From: a virus
Reading direction: 5' to 3' (one strand)
Virus record (IMG/VR): IMGVR_UViG_3300037310_000404
Span: 1-64,000 of that record
DNA length: 64,000 nt
Positions within the stretch are counted from its first letter, which is position 1, and each line of letters begins with the position of its first letter. This document shows positions 1 through 9,338 of this stretch, piece after piece. The position numbers and the translations under genes are program-made. The notes under the pieces were generated by a model. It was not told the DNA's origin, did not search any database, and worked only from the letters and a program-made list of their open reading frames with translations.

Positions 1-1
1 T

Positions 2-682
2 GGATATTCTGGACCAACAGGTACTTCTGGATTTAGTGGTTATTCTGGACCAACAGGTACTTCTGGATTTAGTGGTTATTCTGGACCAACAGGTACTTCT
101 GGATTTAGTGGTTATTCTGGTCCTACTGGAACTTCTGGATTCTCAGGATTCTCAGGACCAACAGGAGTATCTGGATTTAGTGGTTATTCTGGTCCTACTG
201 GAACTTCTGGATTTAGTGGTTATTCTGGACCAACAGGTACTTCTGGATTTAGTGGTTATTCTGGTCCTACTGGAACTTCTGGATTCTCAGGATTCTCAGG
301 ACCAACAGGAGTATCTGGATTTAGTGGTTATAGCGGACCTTCTGGTTTGGCATTTTCTGGATCTAGCGGATATTCTGGCTACAGTGGCCCAACCGGAGTC
401 TCTGGATTTTCTGGGCCAACCGGATCCTCTGGATTCAGTGGATACTCTGGGGAGACTGGTACTTCTGGATTTAGTGGTTATTCTGGACCAACAGGTGTAA
501 GTGGATTCTCTGGTTACTCTGGTCCTACTGGAGTAAGTGGATTTAGTGGTTATTCTGGACCTACGGGAGTAAGTGGTTTTTCAGGTTACAGTGGCCCAAC
601 AGGAGTGAGCGGATTCTCTGGATATTCTGGACCAACAGGTACTTCTGGATTTAGTGGATTTAGCGGCGTTGGCGGAAGCGGC
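2..682 (+). repeat. Coding tandem repeat, ~36-bp unit (GYSGPTGTSGFS variants)
   Basis: Unit such as ggttattctggaccaacaggtacttctggatttagt is repeated with synonymous variation and stays in frame. Confidence 0.95.
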
Positions 683-1054
683 TCCACATATTATATGGAA
701 TTTATTATAGATGGTGCCGGTTCGGTTATAACGTCCGGATCCAAAGGCGTTCTTGAGGTCCCGTATGCATCAACTCCATTATCGTGGACATTGGTAAGCA
801 ATCTATCGGGGTCTCTGTCTGTTGATGTTAGGAGAATAACTTATTCCAACTATATTCTTGAAGGAAATATAACAGCCGCGAGTTCTATAGTCGGATCTGA
901 GAAACCGACCCTTTCATCTCAATCAAAGAATCAGGATACAACTTTAACTACGTGGTCTGGTCTTTCTGCTGGAGACCTACTTCTATTCCACGTAGACGCA
1001 ACACCGGCAACCACAACAAGGGCAACTCTATCTATAAGGGCTCAATTAACCTAA
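2..1054 (+). CDS. Collagen-like (Gly-X-Ser/Thr) fibre protein with C-terminal globular domain; 5' end outside the window
   Basis: The frame of ORF 347..1054 is open from base 2 (GYSGPTGTSGFSGYSG...). Gly every third residue. C-terminal ~120 aa is homologous to the C-terminus of 44449..45393. Ends in TAA overlapping the next ATG. Confidence 0.85.
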   Translation, partial: GYSGPTGTSGFSGYSGPTGTSGFSGYSGPTGTSGFSGYSGPTGTSGFSGFSGPTGVSGFSGYSGPTGTSGFSGYSGPTGTSGFSGYSGPTGTSGFSGFSGPTGVSGFSGYSGPSGLAFSGSSGYSGYSGPTGVSGFSGPTGSSGFSGYSGETGTSGFSGYSGPTGVSGFSGYSGPTGVSGFSGYSGPTGVSGFSGYSGPTGVSGFSGYSGPTGTSGFSGFSGVGGSGSTYYMEFIIDGAGSVITSGSKGVLEVPYASTPLSWTLVSNLSGSLSVDVRRITYSNYILEGNITAASSIVGSEKPTLSSQSKNQDTTLTTWSGLSAGDLLLFHVDATPATTTRATLSIRAQLT

Positions 1055-1674
1055 TGTCTATTAACATTGTATCATCGGGAACCGGGTACGCTAATTCTTT
1101 AAGTAATTCGCTGGCTGTTGACAAGCCGGACGGATCGAGTTTTTTATTGATATCTGTTTCATATCTTCCTAATACCGCACAAGAAATTCAATCCGTTAAG
1201 TTTGGCGGAGCTGATGCCGAATTTATAGAAATAGCCCAACAAGATACCAGCATAGGGATATCAATATGGATGGTTAGAGATATAGAAAATTTATCCGGTA
1301 ATATTGAGGTTGTTTTTGATGGACAAGTATTCAGTGTTATAAATTATATAATTCTGAATGGCGTAAATACCGATGCCCCGGTTTATAGAACCAGGTCTGG
1401 CGTTGGCAAAAGCATCACACATATACCAATTAAATCTTTCTCCAAGATAAATTGCCTAGCTATCGGAATCGGATCTGTATCCAACCCCAATGCCCATATC
1501 TCAACACTATACGGCTCGCAATTTAGAATATTTAATGTCGCATCTAATAATCTGATCAGCACTGAGGCGATAGCTGCATTCGGATCTTTTGATAATGCCT
1601 TTATAAATGTCCCCAACAGTCTTTCTGAATCTTCTGATTGGTCTATTATAATTATTGGATTGGAGGCGGCATAA
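1054..1674 (+). CDS. Hypothetical beta-rich virion-associated protein
   Basis: TAATG coupling gives a start at 1054 (MSINIVSSG) rather than 952. Resembles 1674..2351 (LLISV...SVKFGG vs LIVGV...GVSYGG). Confidence 0.7.
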   Translation: MSINIVSSGTGYANSLSNSLAVDKPDGSSFLLISVSYLPNTAQEIQSVKFGGADAEFIEIAQQDTSIGISIWMVRDIENLSGNIEVVFDGQVFSVINYIILNGVNTDAPVYRTRSGVGKSITHIPIKSFSKINCLAIGIGSVSNPNAHISTLYGSQFRIFNVASNNLISTEAIAAFGSFDNAFINVPNSLSESSDWSIIIIGLEAA

Positions 1675-2351
1675 TGGCTATTGTTTTTGACTCGGGGAGC
1701 GGAACTAACTTTAATGCCGCATCTGCATCTTATACCCATATTGTTGCTGATCAGCCAAATAAATTTCTTATTGTTGGCGTTACGATAAGAACGACTACGT
1801 CATCTGGAACGGGTGTTTCATATGGTGGTCAGCAACTAACTAGACTTGATTCTGTCACGAACAGTACAAATGTCAGGAACGAAATATGGTATTTGGCGAT
1901 GCCCCCAACAGGATCAAATACTCTTTCTGTTTCTTTAAATTCATCTTCTAAGACGTCCGTTGAAAGTACAAGCTATTATGGCGTCGATACCAGTTCTCCG
2001 TGGGGGGCTAGCGGCACTCAGTCAACAAGCTCCACGGCTGCTGCAGTCAGCGTAACCACAACAACCGCAAATAGCTATGTTTATAATCATGTGGCTGGAA
2101 GAACAAATATAGGAATCACGTTTACGGCCACATCACCAAATACAAAACGGGCAGATTTCGCCACCGATGGCGGTGCGGCGGCGTCAAACGCGCACGGAGT
2201 TGCCAATGATTTATCCACAACTACCGCAGGCCTATATATCGCCAGCGGAACATGGTCAACGTCAATAGCTTTTCATAATTGGGGGGTTGAGCTGAAACCA
2301 TTTACCGCTAAACCCTCTGCTTGCGGATATATAATTAAACCATTCAAATAA
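1674..2351 (+). CDS. Hypothetical Ser/Thr-rich beta-sandwich virion protein, paralogue of 45626..46360
   Basis: TAATG coupling at 1674 (MAIVFDSG). Shares MAI.F / V.YGG / E.WY pattern with 45626..46360. Confidence 0.7.
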   Translation: MAIVFDSGSGTNFNAASASYTHIVADQPNKFLIVGVTIRTTTSSGTGVSYGGQQLTRLDSVTNSTNVRNEIWYLAMPPTGSNTLSVSLNSSSKTSVESTSYYGVDTSSPWGASGTQSTSSTAAAVSVTTTTANSYVYNHVAGRTNIGITFTATSPNTKRADFATDGGAAASNAHGVANDLSTTTAGLYIASGTWSTSIAFHNWGVELKPFTAKPSACGYIIKPFK

Positions 2352-2357
2352 CTATTT

Positions 2358-2366
2358 TGATATAAT
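2358..2366 (+). promoter_or_regulatory. Extended -10 sigma70-type promoter (TGATATAAT), possibly giving a leaderless mRNA for the GT9 gene
   Basis: TGnTATAAT ends 7 nt before the ATG at 2373, and there is no Shine-Dalgarno sequence. Confidence 0.55.
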
Positions 2367-2372
2367 TAATAT

Positions 2373-3269
2373 ATGTTTAATATTTTAATTATAAAATTAG
2401 ACGCTAGCGGCGATGTGCTAAGAACCACATCGATACTTGAGGGCTTGGATAAACACTATCCAAGCCCTAAACATATTACGTGGATTACACATAAAAAGAA
2501 TACGCCCATCCTTAATTTTTGTCCGCTTATTGATGAAATTTATGATACGGGTTTTCTGCCGACATCCGTAAAAAAGAAAAAATTTGATGTGGCTATAAAC
2601 TTTGATGAAGATTTAACCGCATGCGACTTGCTTTATAATGTCGATGCAACTAATAAGTTTGGTTTTACTAATCACCAATATAAATACGCCCCAGTCAATG
2701 AACTAAGCGAATACGCCTATAAACTAACCAAGAGCGATAAATTAAAATTCAAATTAAATACCAAAACATATCCGCAGATCATATATGAAATGTGTGGCAT
2801 AACCTGGAATGGTGAGAAGTATGGGATGAGGTATCCACCAAAGCGAAATCATGACTATGTAGCATTAAATACCGAAGTCGGGGATAAGTGGCCTACAAAA
2901 AAATGGTTGGCGTGGGATGATCTAAAAACAAAGCTCGCATCCTCAGGAATTCCCTTTCAAGAACAAAGAAAATTTAATACTCTAGAAGAATACTTTGATT
3001 GGATAGCTGGCGCAAAAGTCGTCGTGACGGGTGATTCTCTTGGAATGCATGCCGCCATAGCGCTTGAGAGACCGACCGTGGCAATCTTTGGGCCTACGGC
3101 TCAAGTGGAAATCGAATCCTATGGCATTGTCGATAAGGTTTTCGTGAATGACTTGAAATGCTCTCCGTGTTATAAGAGTGCTTGCCCATACGCCATGGAA
3201 TGCATGCACGGAATTTCTTCCGATTTAATCCTTAACAAGGTATTGTCCAAATGGCACGAACAGCAATAA
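2373..3269 (+). CDS. Glycosyltransferase family 9 (ADP-heptose heptosyltransferase-like)
   Basis: ILIIKLDASGDVLRT, ITWIT, VVVTGDSLGMHAAIALERPTVAIFGPT and C-terminal CSPC..C....CM motifs typical of GT9. Confidence 0.85.
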   Translation: MFNILIIKLDASGDVLRTTSILEGLDKHYPSPKHITWITHKKNTPILNFCPLIDEIYDTGFLPTSVKKKKFDVAINFDEDLTACDLLYNVDATNKFGFTNHQYKYAPVNELSEYAYKLTKSDKLKFKLNTKTYPQIIYEMCGITWNGEKYGMRYPPKRNHDYVALNTEVGDKWPTKKWLAWDDLKTKLASSGIPFQEQRKFNTLEEYFDWIAGAKVVVTGDSLGMHAAIALERPTVAIFGPTAQVEIESYGIVDKVFVNDLKCSPCYKSACPYAMECMHGISSDLILNKVLSKWHEQQ

Positions 3270-4702
3270 TACTATTGGCATGGAACAAGCTTGAATATAC
3301 CAAGAAGTGCCTTGGTGCGTTATACCACAATACTCCGATAGGGTCTTTTGATCTTATACTTATTGATAATGGTTCATCCGATGGCACTTTAACTTATTTT
3401 ACCGACCTTCAAAAAACACATCCAGAGATTACGGTTTTAAGAAATCCAAAAAATTTGGGATTTGGAAACGCCATGAATCAGGGTATACGGTTGGCATTAG
3501 AAACTGATCACGATAGAGTGTGCTTGCTTAACAATGATACAGAAGTTAGGGATGGATGGCTTAAATCACTAGAACAATGCGCGGATTCGGACCAAAAAAT
3601 TGGTATGGTTCAATCAAATCTTGTTTCATTCGAGGATGGAAGATCTATCAGCTGCGGCGTAGATCTGGATCTTTCCTCTGAGAACTTCTTAAGGCCCATA
3701 GATATTGGTAAAACTGTTCCAGATCTTAGGGGAGTAACTTCGGACAGGTTTTATCTAAATGGCGCTTGTGTATTAATCAAGAAAGAGTTTGTGGAATCAG
3801 TTGGTTTATTTTCTTCTGAATTCTTTCCAGTTTACCATGAGGAAACAGATCTATGCATTCGCGGATATAAGGCTGGCTGGAGAATGGTATTTTGCGGGGA
3901 TTCGGTAGTTCAGCACCATGAGGCTGTTACTGGACATTCGTTGCCGGGCAGAGGCGAGCCAATATTTTGGAATAACTGGAATAAGCTTCTCAACAAGCAT
4001 GCCGCGTATATACACGATTTGGCTCATGAGAGATTTGGCCTAGATGCCGGTATAGAAGAATTACGCAGATTTAATCCATCCATGAGCATAGAAGGCAGCA
4101 GCAAGCTCTTGGCCGAAACATGGAAATCAAAAGATCCAAAGAGCAAAGAAGCCGTCGATAGATTTTATAAGGAATCTAGTGGCTATATAGGGGATCTTCT
4201 CGCATGGAATGCTGGTTCATACAAAAAGGAACTCGTCGATCACGTAATTTATGCATCTCGACATTTTAGTGTTAGATCTATTCTTGACATAGGCGCTGGC
4301 ATACTCAGTGATACGATAAAGCTCCGAAATTCTGGTATCTCAATGACTACGGTTGATTTTGACTCTGAACACTACAGGTTTGGTATCGATCGCCTCGGTT
4401 ATCGCAGGATAAAAGACGTCAATGTGAAATACGTGGGCGATGAACTGCCCAAATGTGATGCGATCATGCTTTTCGATGTCATTGAACATGTGCATGAGCC
4501 AGATAAGTTTCTAGACGCATATGTGGAAAAATCTGACGGGTTTATTTTTATGACTGTTCCTGAAAACTTGCCTCCGGATGAATCGGAAAAGCACCCAATG
4601 CATCTGGTGCAGTACGCCGACTTCTGGAAACAAATACCTCAATATTTAGAACAAAAGCATGGATTCAAAAGAGTTGATTTGATCACATTCAAAAAAGACT
4701 AA
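3251..4702 (+). CDS. GT2 glycosyltransferase fused to SAM-dependent methyltransferase domain
   Basis: N-terminal ILIDNGSSDGT, NLGFGNAMNQG, LLNNDT, EETDLC motifs; C-terminal ILDIGAG and LFDVIEHVHEP motifs. Confidence 0.85.
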   Translation: MARTAIILLAWNKLEYTKKCLGALYHNTPIGSFDLILIDNGSSDGTLTYFTDLQKTHPEITVLRNPKNLGFGNAMNQGIRLALETDHDRVCLLNNDTEVRDGWLKSLEQCADSDQKIGMVQSNLVSFEDGRSISCGVDLDLSSENFLRPIDIGKTVPDLRGVTSDRFYLNGACVLIKKEFVESVGLFSSEFFPVYHEETDLCIRGYKAGWRMVFCGDSVVQHHEAVTGHSLPGRGEPIFWNNWNKLLNKHAAYIHDLAHERFGLDAGIEELRRFNPSMSIEGSSKLLAETWKSKDPKSKEAVDRFYKESSGYIGDLLAWNAGSYKKELVDHVIYASRHFSVRSILDIGAGILSDTIKLRNSGISMTTVDFDSEHYRFGIDRLGYRRIKDVNVKYVGDELPKCDAIMLFDVIEHVHEPDKFLDAYVEKSDGFIFMTVPENLPPDESEKHPMHLVQYADFWKQIPQYLEQKHGFKRVDLITFKKD

Positions 4703-4703
4703 T

Positions 4704-6629
4704 ATGAAAATTTTAATGGTTGGATTTGATGCGCCGTGGATTAATACGGGTTTCGCTGCAACTCTAAGAGCTGTGGGTGGCGAGCTATTGAAAAGAGGGC
4801 ACCAGGTTTATAGCATAAGCGGAAACTTTGTGTTCGAGACAGACGGGCCGATACTTCATAATGGCATCATTGTGCTTTCAAACAAAGGGATGATGTATCC
4901 TGATACAGGTACATTTTTAAGGCATTACAATGAAGTAAATCCGGATATTGTCATAGCCCATAATGATTTTTATCGTATTAAGTACTTCTCGAAGCTTTCT
5001 GAAGATATCTTAGATAAAACTCTAGTTTGGCTGCCGATTGAAGACACTGATAGCCTTGGCGAATTAGAGGGGTTGCGCAAATTAAAGAATATAGCCTTTA
5101 CGACTAAGTACGGAATGAATTTATATAAAAGGCTACTTCCTGAGCAGCGTTTGTTTCAAATAAACCATCAAATAGGAATCACCGACGCCTCTGACCCGAT
5201 TCCATCCATTGATATGGATAAATTAACTAATAAATTCGTGGTTTTGAGGGTTGACCGCAATCAGGAACGCAAAAACTGGCCACATACCCTGGAATCTTTT
5301 CAAAGTTTTATAAAAAATGATTGTATAAAGGATGCAATTTTAATTGCAAAAACACGTAAAAAAGATGTTGCGAGCAGTATAGATCTCGGGGAATTAGTTA
5401 AAAAACTTGAAATTGAAGATAACGTTATTTTTGTCGAGAATGAGCTTACATCTCCTCAAATGCGCTGGCTCTACGAAAGTGCCGATGTGTTTTTATCAAC
5501 TACCGGCTCTGAGGGTTTTGGGCTTTCTATCGGAGAGGCCATGGCGTGCGGCAAGCCAATTTTGTGCACAGGATGCGCTCCTCTTTTTGATGTTGTTGGC
5601 CGTGGCGCTGGATCCTTCATTAATGTAGTTGGTAAAGAATACAATACCAATGTGCATGTCTCATATAACAAAGTAGATATCGCTCATGCCGCCAAGTTGC
5701 TGGCAGATTATTATGCCGATTGGAAAAATGGCGGATCCGTAATAGCCAAAGAAGGCTTGGTGGCAAAACGGCACGCCAACGCATATAAGATAGAAAGAGT
5801 TGTGGATGATTTCGAATCCGCCTTTGAAAAGATGTCAAAGCCATATAAAAAGGTTTTGGTGTCCGTAGCAACAAGAAATAGACCAGACGCTCTCGTGGCA
5901 TTGCTTACGTCATTGTTTAATCAGGCCTACAAGAATATATCTATTTATATCTTTGATAATTCTGATAACGAGGATTTATTAAAGAACAATGCGTTCTTGA
6001 AGCAGATGAAGCTGTTTAATGATTCCGGGCAAACTGCTTGTGTTTGGAAGAACAATGAACAAAATTGCCCCGATACTCATCAGAAAATATTTGATCTTGC
6101 CAAGAAAGTTGGCTGCGAGTTTGTGTTCAAGGTTGATGATGACTGCATACTTGAGTCGAACACCATCGAAGTTTTAATGGATGATATTCAACAGGATGAT
6201 AAAATAGCTGCCGTGGGTTGTTCTATATTGGAACCGGATAAGCTAACAAACAAGATCATGCCTATCGATTATCCTGCGCAAACCCTGGCTAACTTATGGT
6301 ATAACCGCCAATGGATGTGGGATAAAGAATTAAAGCAGACTGAGGTTGAACATCTTTACTCGTCCTTTATCTACAGGACGTCTGCAATGGATGCTGTGGG
6401 CGGATTTGCTGGCGGCCTGAGCAAGGTGGCGTTCAGGGAAGAAACATTAACGACATATCCAATGGTTTTAAAGGGTTGGAAGTTACACTATAATCCAGCT
6501 GCTATCATGTGGCATATGAAATCAGATCGCGGCGGGTGCAGAGATTTTCATATCGAAGAGCTATATAAAAGAGACGAAGCCATATTTAATGAACGAATTA
6601 AAAAGATGAAGGAAGATAATAATGCCTGA
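4704..6629 (+). CDS. Bifunctional GT4 (GT-B) plus GT2-like (GT-A) glycosyltransferase
   Basis: YESADVFLSTTGSEGFGLSIGEAMACGKPI is the GT4 EX7E signature; second domain VATRNR, IFDNS, FKVDDDC. Confidence 0.85.
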   Translation: MKILMVGFDAPWINTGFAATLRAVGGELLKRGHQVYSISGNFVFETDGPILHNGIIVLSNKGMMYPDTGTFLRHYNEVNPDIVIAHNDFYRIKYFSKLSEDILDKTLVWLPIEDTDSLGELEGLRKLKNIAFTTKYGMNLYKRLLPEQRLFQINHQIGITDASDPIPSIDMDKLTNKFVVLRVDRNQERKNWPHTLESFQSFIKNDCIKDAILIAKTRKKDVASSIDLGELVKKLEIEDNVIFVENELTSPQMRWLYESADVFLSTTGSEGFGLSIGEAMACGKPILCTGCAPLFDVVGRGAGSFINVVGKEYNTNVHVSYNKVDIAHAAKLLADYYADWKNGGSVIAKEGLVAKRHANAYKIERVVDDFESAFEKMSKPYKKVLVSVATRNRPDALVALLTSLFNQAYKNISIYIFDNSDNEDLLKNNAFLKQMKLFNDSGQTACVWKNNEQNCPDTHQKIFDLAKKVGCEFVFKVDDDCILESNTIEVLMDDIQQDDKIAAVGCSILEPDKLTNKIMPIDYPAQTLANLWYNRQWMWDKELKQTEVEHLYSSFIYRTSAMDAVGGFAGGLSKVAFREETLTTYPMVLKGWKLHYNPAAIMWHMKSDRGGCRDFHIEELYKRDEAIFNERIKKMKEDNNA

Positions 6630-7548
6630 CTATTTCAGAGGCGAGACTATATCGCTAACAGCTAATTACCTGGATTCTGGCTCATCGCCAATCAATACTG
6701 GTATTTCTGGAAACACTGTAGATGTTTATTACTACACATCTAGCGGTTCTAAGAATTTTTATGTGACTTCTGGAACAATGACTCAGGACGTAGATTATCC
6801 AAACAGGTTCTTTTATATGTGGCAAATACCGGCCACTGCCCCTGTCACCAATTATACGGCCCAGTATAACGCTCTCATGTCTGGAAATATCATACAAAGT
6901 ACTGATGTTTTTGGTGTTAGCCAGGCTGTAGCTACAACTGGAATTGTTGTTGGTAGCGTAACCGTATCGGGATCAATTGTCGATATCAGCGGAACCGGCA
7001 TCCAAAATGCATACGTACAAGTTGCTGATTTTTCATCTTCTCAGATTATAACCTCAACAACCACCAACGCGAGCGGCGTCTATTACGTATACCTAGATCC
7101 AGCCGACTACATCGTGGTTGCGGGCGCTTCAACTTATCTATCAAATAGCGTGGCAAAAACTGTCCCAACCGGCATGACGACATATAATTTTGGACCAATC
7201 ACATTGCTATCTTCCATCGGAACCGGCGCTGTTGCAATGTCTGATACGTATACTTACGTTGATCCTAATGACGGCTTAACGTATGGCCTTGGCAATCTAA
7301 AGGTATCCCTGTTTGCCAAAGTCACATCGCCAGTTTTGACCAGTGCTCTTGCCATAACAAGAACGGATGCAAGCGGCACATTTAATATGACGGCCAACAA
7401 TGGTGAATACGTTCTTAGAATTGAGGGCAATGGTCCCAATAATACGGTATTCGATACGGCATACGATATCGAGGTAAGTGATGCCTTTACTTCCGGAACC
7501 CCACTAGGTTTCAGATATGAAGGGACATCTCAATATAAATTTATCTAA
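6622..7548 (+). CDS. Ig-like / carboxypeptidase-regulatory-like domain virion protein
   Basis: VTVSGSIVD...TTTNASGVY..L.PADY and TRTDASGTF motifs; Ser-Gly rich. Confidence 0.6.
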   Translation: MPDYFRGETISLTANYLDSGSSPINTGISGNTVDVYYYTSSGSKNFYVTSGTMTQDVDYPNRFFYMWQIPATAPVTNYTAQYNALMSGNIIQSTDVFGVSQAVATTGIVVGSVTVSGSIVDISGTGIQNAYVQVADFSSSQIITSTTTNASGVYYVYLDPADYIVVAGASTYLSNSVAKTVPTGMTTYNFGPITLLSSIGTGAVAMSDTYTYVDPNDGLTYGLGNLKVSLFAKVTSPVLTSALAITRTDASGTFNMTANNGEYVLRIEGNGPNNTVFDTAYDIEVSDAFTSGTPLGFRYEGTSQYKFI

Positions 7549-7558
7549 GAGGTAGGCT

Positions 7559-8251
7559 ATGCTAGGAAGGTTTTCAAGAGGAATGAAGGTCTCTATACCG
7601 GCAGTATTCAGGGATGGCGCAAGAAATCCGGTGGATGTTGACAACGCAGTTTGTAGCGTAGAGCATTTCAGCTCTACGGAAAACAAGGTAGTGCAAATAT
7701 TAAGCGAGACAGCCATGCGAAAGGCTGGAGATGGATTTTATCTTTATGAATATATCATTCCGCCAAACGTCGAACACGGAAATTATATAGTTCGAATAAA
7801 AGCAAAGCAGCCGGGAAGCAAAAGCAACTTGCTAGAAGCTACTGATCATTTCGAGGTTGCCGAGTCTCTTTCACTTCGTCCAAAAAATGAAGAAGATATT
7901 CTAGCCAAACAACAAGAGGCGTTGCAGTCGCAAGCCAACCAAACCATATTAAATCCTACAGTCTCTCAGCCAATGGCATCCAATGCATATATGCAAAGAT
8001 CCGGTGAGAGATTGCTGGCCGAAGATGTGGTAACAAACGAGATAGGGCAACCATTAGCCGGGGTCCACGTAAATATATTCGAAAAGAATTCATTTATCCC
8101 AAAGTCTCCGAACAATATAAAGATAGCTTCGGCCATAACAACCACAGAGGGAAAATGGAGCGTCAACTTACTGCCTGGTGATTATGTATTCACGTATAAG
8201 CATCCGGACAGAAGAGAGTTTCACGAATTTAGAAAAGTACAAAAACTATAA
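7559..8251 (+). CDS. Ig-like domain protein, apparent paralogue of 6622..7548
   Basis: RBS GAGGT. F.RG N-terminus and C-terminal TTTEGKWSVNLLPGDY parallel the upstream gene. Confidence 0.6.
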   Translation: MLGRFSRGMKVSIPAVFRDGARNPVDVDNAVCSVEHFSSTENKVVQILSETAMRKAGDGFYLYEYIIPPNVEHGNYIVRIKAKQPGSKSNLLEATDHFEVAESLSLRPKNEEDILAKQQEALQSQANQTILNPTVSQPMASNAYMQRSGERLLAEDVVTNEIGQPLAGVHVNIFEKNSFIPKSPNNIKIASAITTTEGKWSVNLLPGDYVFTYKHPDRREFHEFRKVQKL

Positions 8252-8261
8252 GGGGTCTAAA

Positions 8262-8810
8262 ATGGCATCAAAAGAAGAATTCATACAAGAAGCAATTGTT
8301 AAGATAGGGGAATTCAAAACCGCCGTTGAGCAGTTCATTCTTGAAAACTCTGAAAAAGCTAAAGCAATTAAAGACAAAAAGAAGCTGAGCAAATTTGTTG
8401 ATCAGATTAAGGATGAGCACATTAAAAAGATCAAGGATTTCAGAAAGCTTCTGACATATCTATCGGCTAGGGCCCAAGAGGCAAAAATAGAACCGGACGA
8501 TCCTATACTTGATCCGGTTATGAATGAATATAAGATCGTGGATGAAATGCTCACGGACCCGGCGGCAGCAGAAGAGGCTCTTAGCAAGCGCAAAACTATT
8601 GAAAAAGAAGAAGGAATCTCGGAGCTTGGACCTATTGAGAATTTTGAGAGTTCAAAAAACAAAGAGCAGCTAGAAGACGAACTTCTTGATCTTGGTAAAA
8701 AGAGGGAAGAGGCCATAAGTGCAAAAGAAAAAGAAGAGATACAGAAAAAGATAGATCATCTACTTAGACTATATAAAGACTCCTCGCTTAAGAGCGGACT
8801 TAAGAAATAA
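8262..8810 (+). CDS. Hypothetical charged alpha-helical protein
   Basis: Open frame; start moved to ATG 8262 (MASKEEF), just after the upstream stop. K/E-rich. Confidence 0.7.
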   Translation: MASKEEFIQEAIVKIGEFKTAVEQFILENSEKAKAIKDKKKLSKFVDQIKDEHIKKIKDFRKLLTYLSARAQEAKIEPDDPILDPVMNEYKIVDEMLTDPAAAEEALSKRKTIEKEEGISELGPIENFESSKNKEQLEDELLDLGKKREEAISAKEKEEIQKKIDHLLRLYKDSSLKSGLKK

Positions 8811-8831
8811 ATATGCAAATGAGGTAATAAA

Positions 8832-9338
8832 ATGCCCACAGTTTTGTACCCACTCTCTGATGATTTGTACAGTGATAGGGAAAATCATCTAATTAACAAT
8901 CTACGCAAATTATTAAATGACTCCGATTCAGCGTGTCAGGTTTTCGATGATTCACAGCTATTTTCATACCTAGATATGGCTCTGGAAGATGTAAATTCAC
9001 ATCCCATGAAAACATACTATGATTTTGAGTCAATGCCAAGAGACTGGTTTTATCTGGTGGTTCTTGGTGGCTATGTATTGGCGCTGAACTCTCAGAGCAT
9101 TCGAGAGAAGGCCAGAAACTTTGTAGTTAGCGACCAGGGAATTACCTATACTCCGCCAGATATGCCGGGACACCTAGTAAGTGTTTCGCAGCAGATGGAA
9201 CAAAAGTATCAGACAATGAAGGAAAAAGTCAAAGCCAATGAGAAGCCATCTATTCTAGGAATTGGATCGGCTCGCGTGCTTATTCCTTCTCCCGCATTTG
9301 CTAAACTAAGACACTTAAGGGAAAGACGAGTATTTTAA
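8832..9338 (+). CDS. Putative head-tail adaptor (neck) protein
   Basis: RBS GAGGT. Helical LRKLLND...YLDMALEDVN...LVVLGG pattern; lies upstream of the neck and terminator genes. Confidence 0.55.
   Translation: MPTVLYPLSDDLYSDRENHLINNLRKLLNDSDSACQVFDDSQLFSYLDMALEDVNSHPMKTYYDFESMPRDWFYLVVLGGYVLALNSQSIREKARNFVVSDQGITYTPPDMPGHLVSVSQQMEQKYQTMKEKVKANEKPSILGIGSARVLIPSPAFAKLRHLRERRVF

Noticed and set aside
36-500. ORF 36..500 (VILDQQVLLDL repeats)
   Set aside because: Shadow frame of the collagen repeat; no RBS; third-position variation fits the Gly-X-Y frame.
2-682. 36-bp repeats resembling a CRISPR array
   Set aside because: No unique spacers; units are contiguous, in frame and vary at synonymous positions, so this is a coding collagen repeat.
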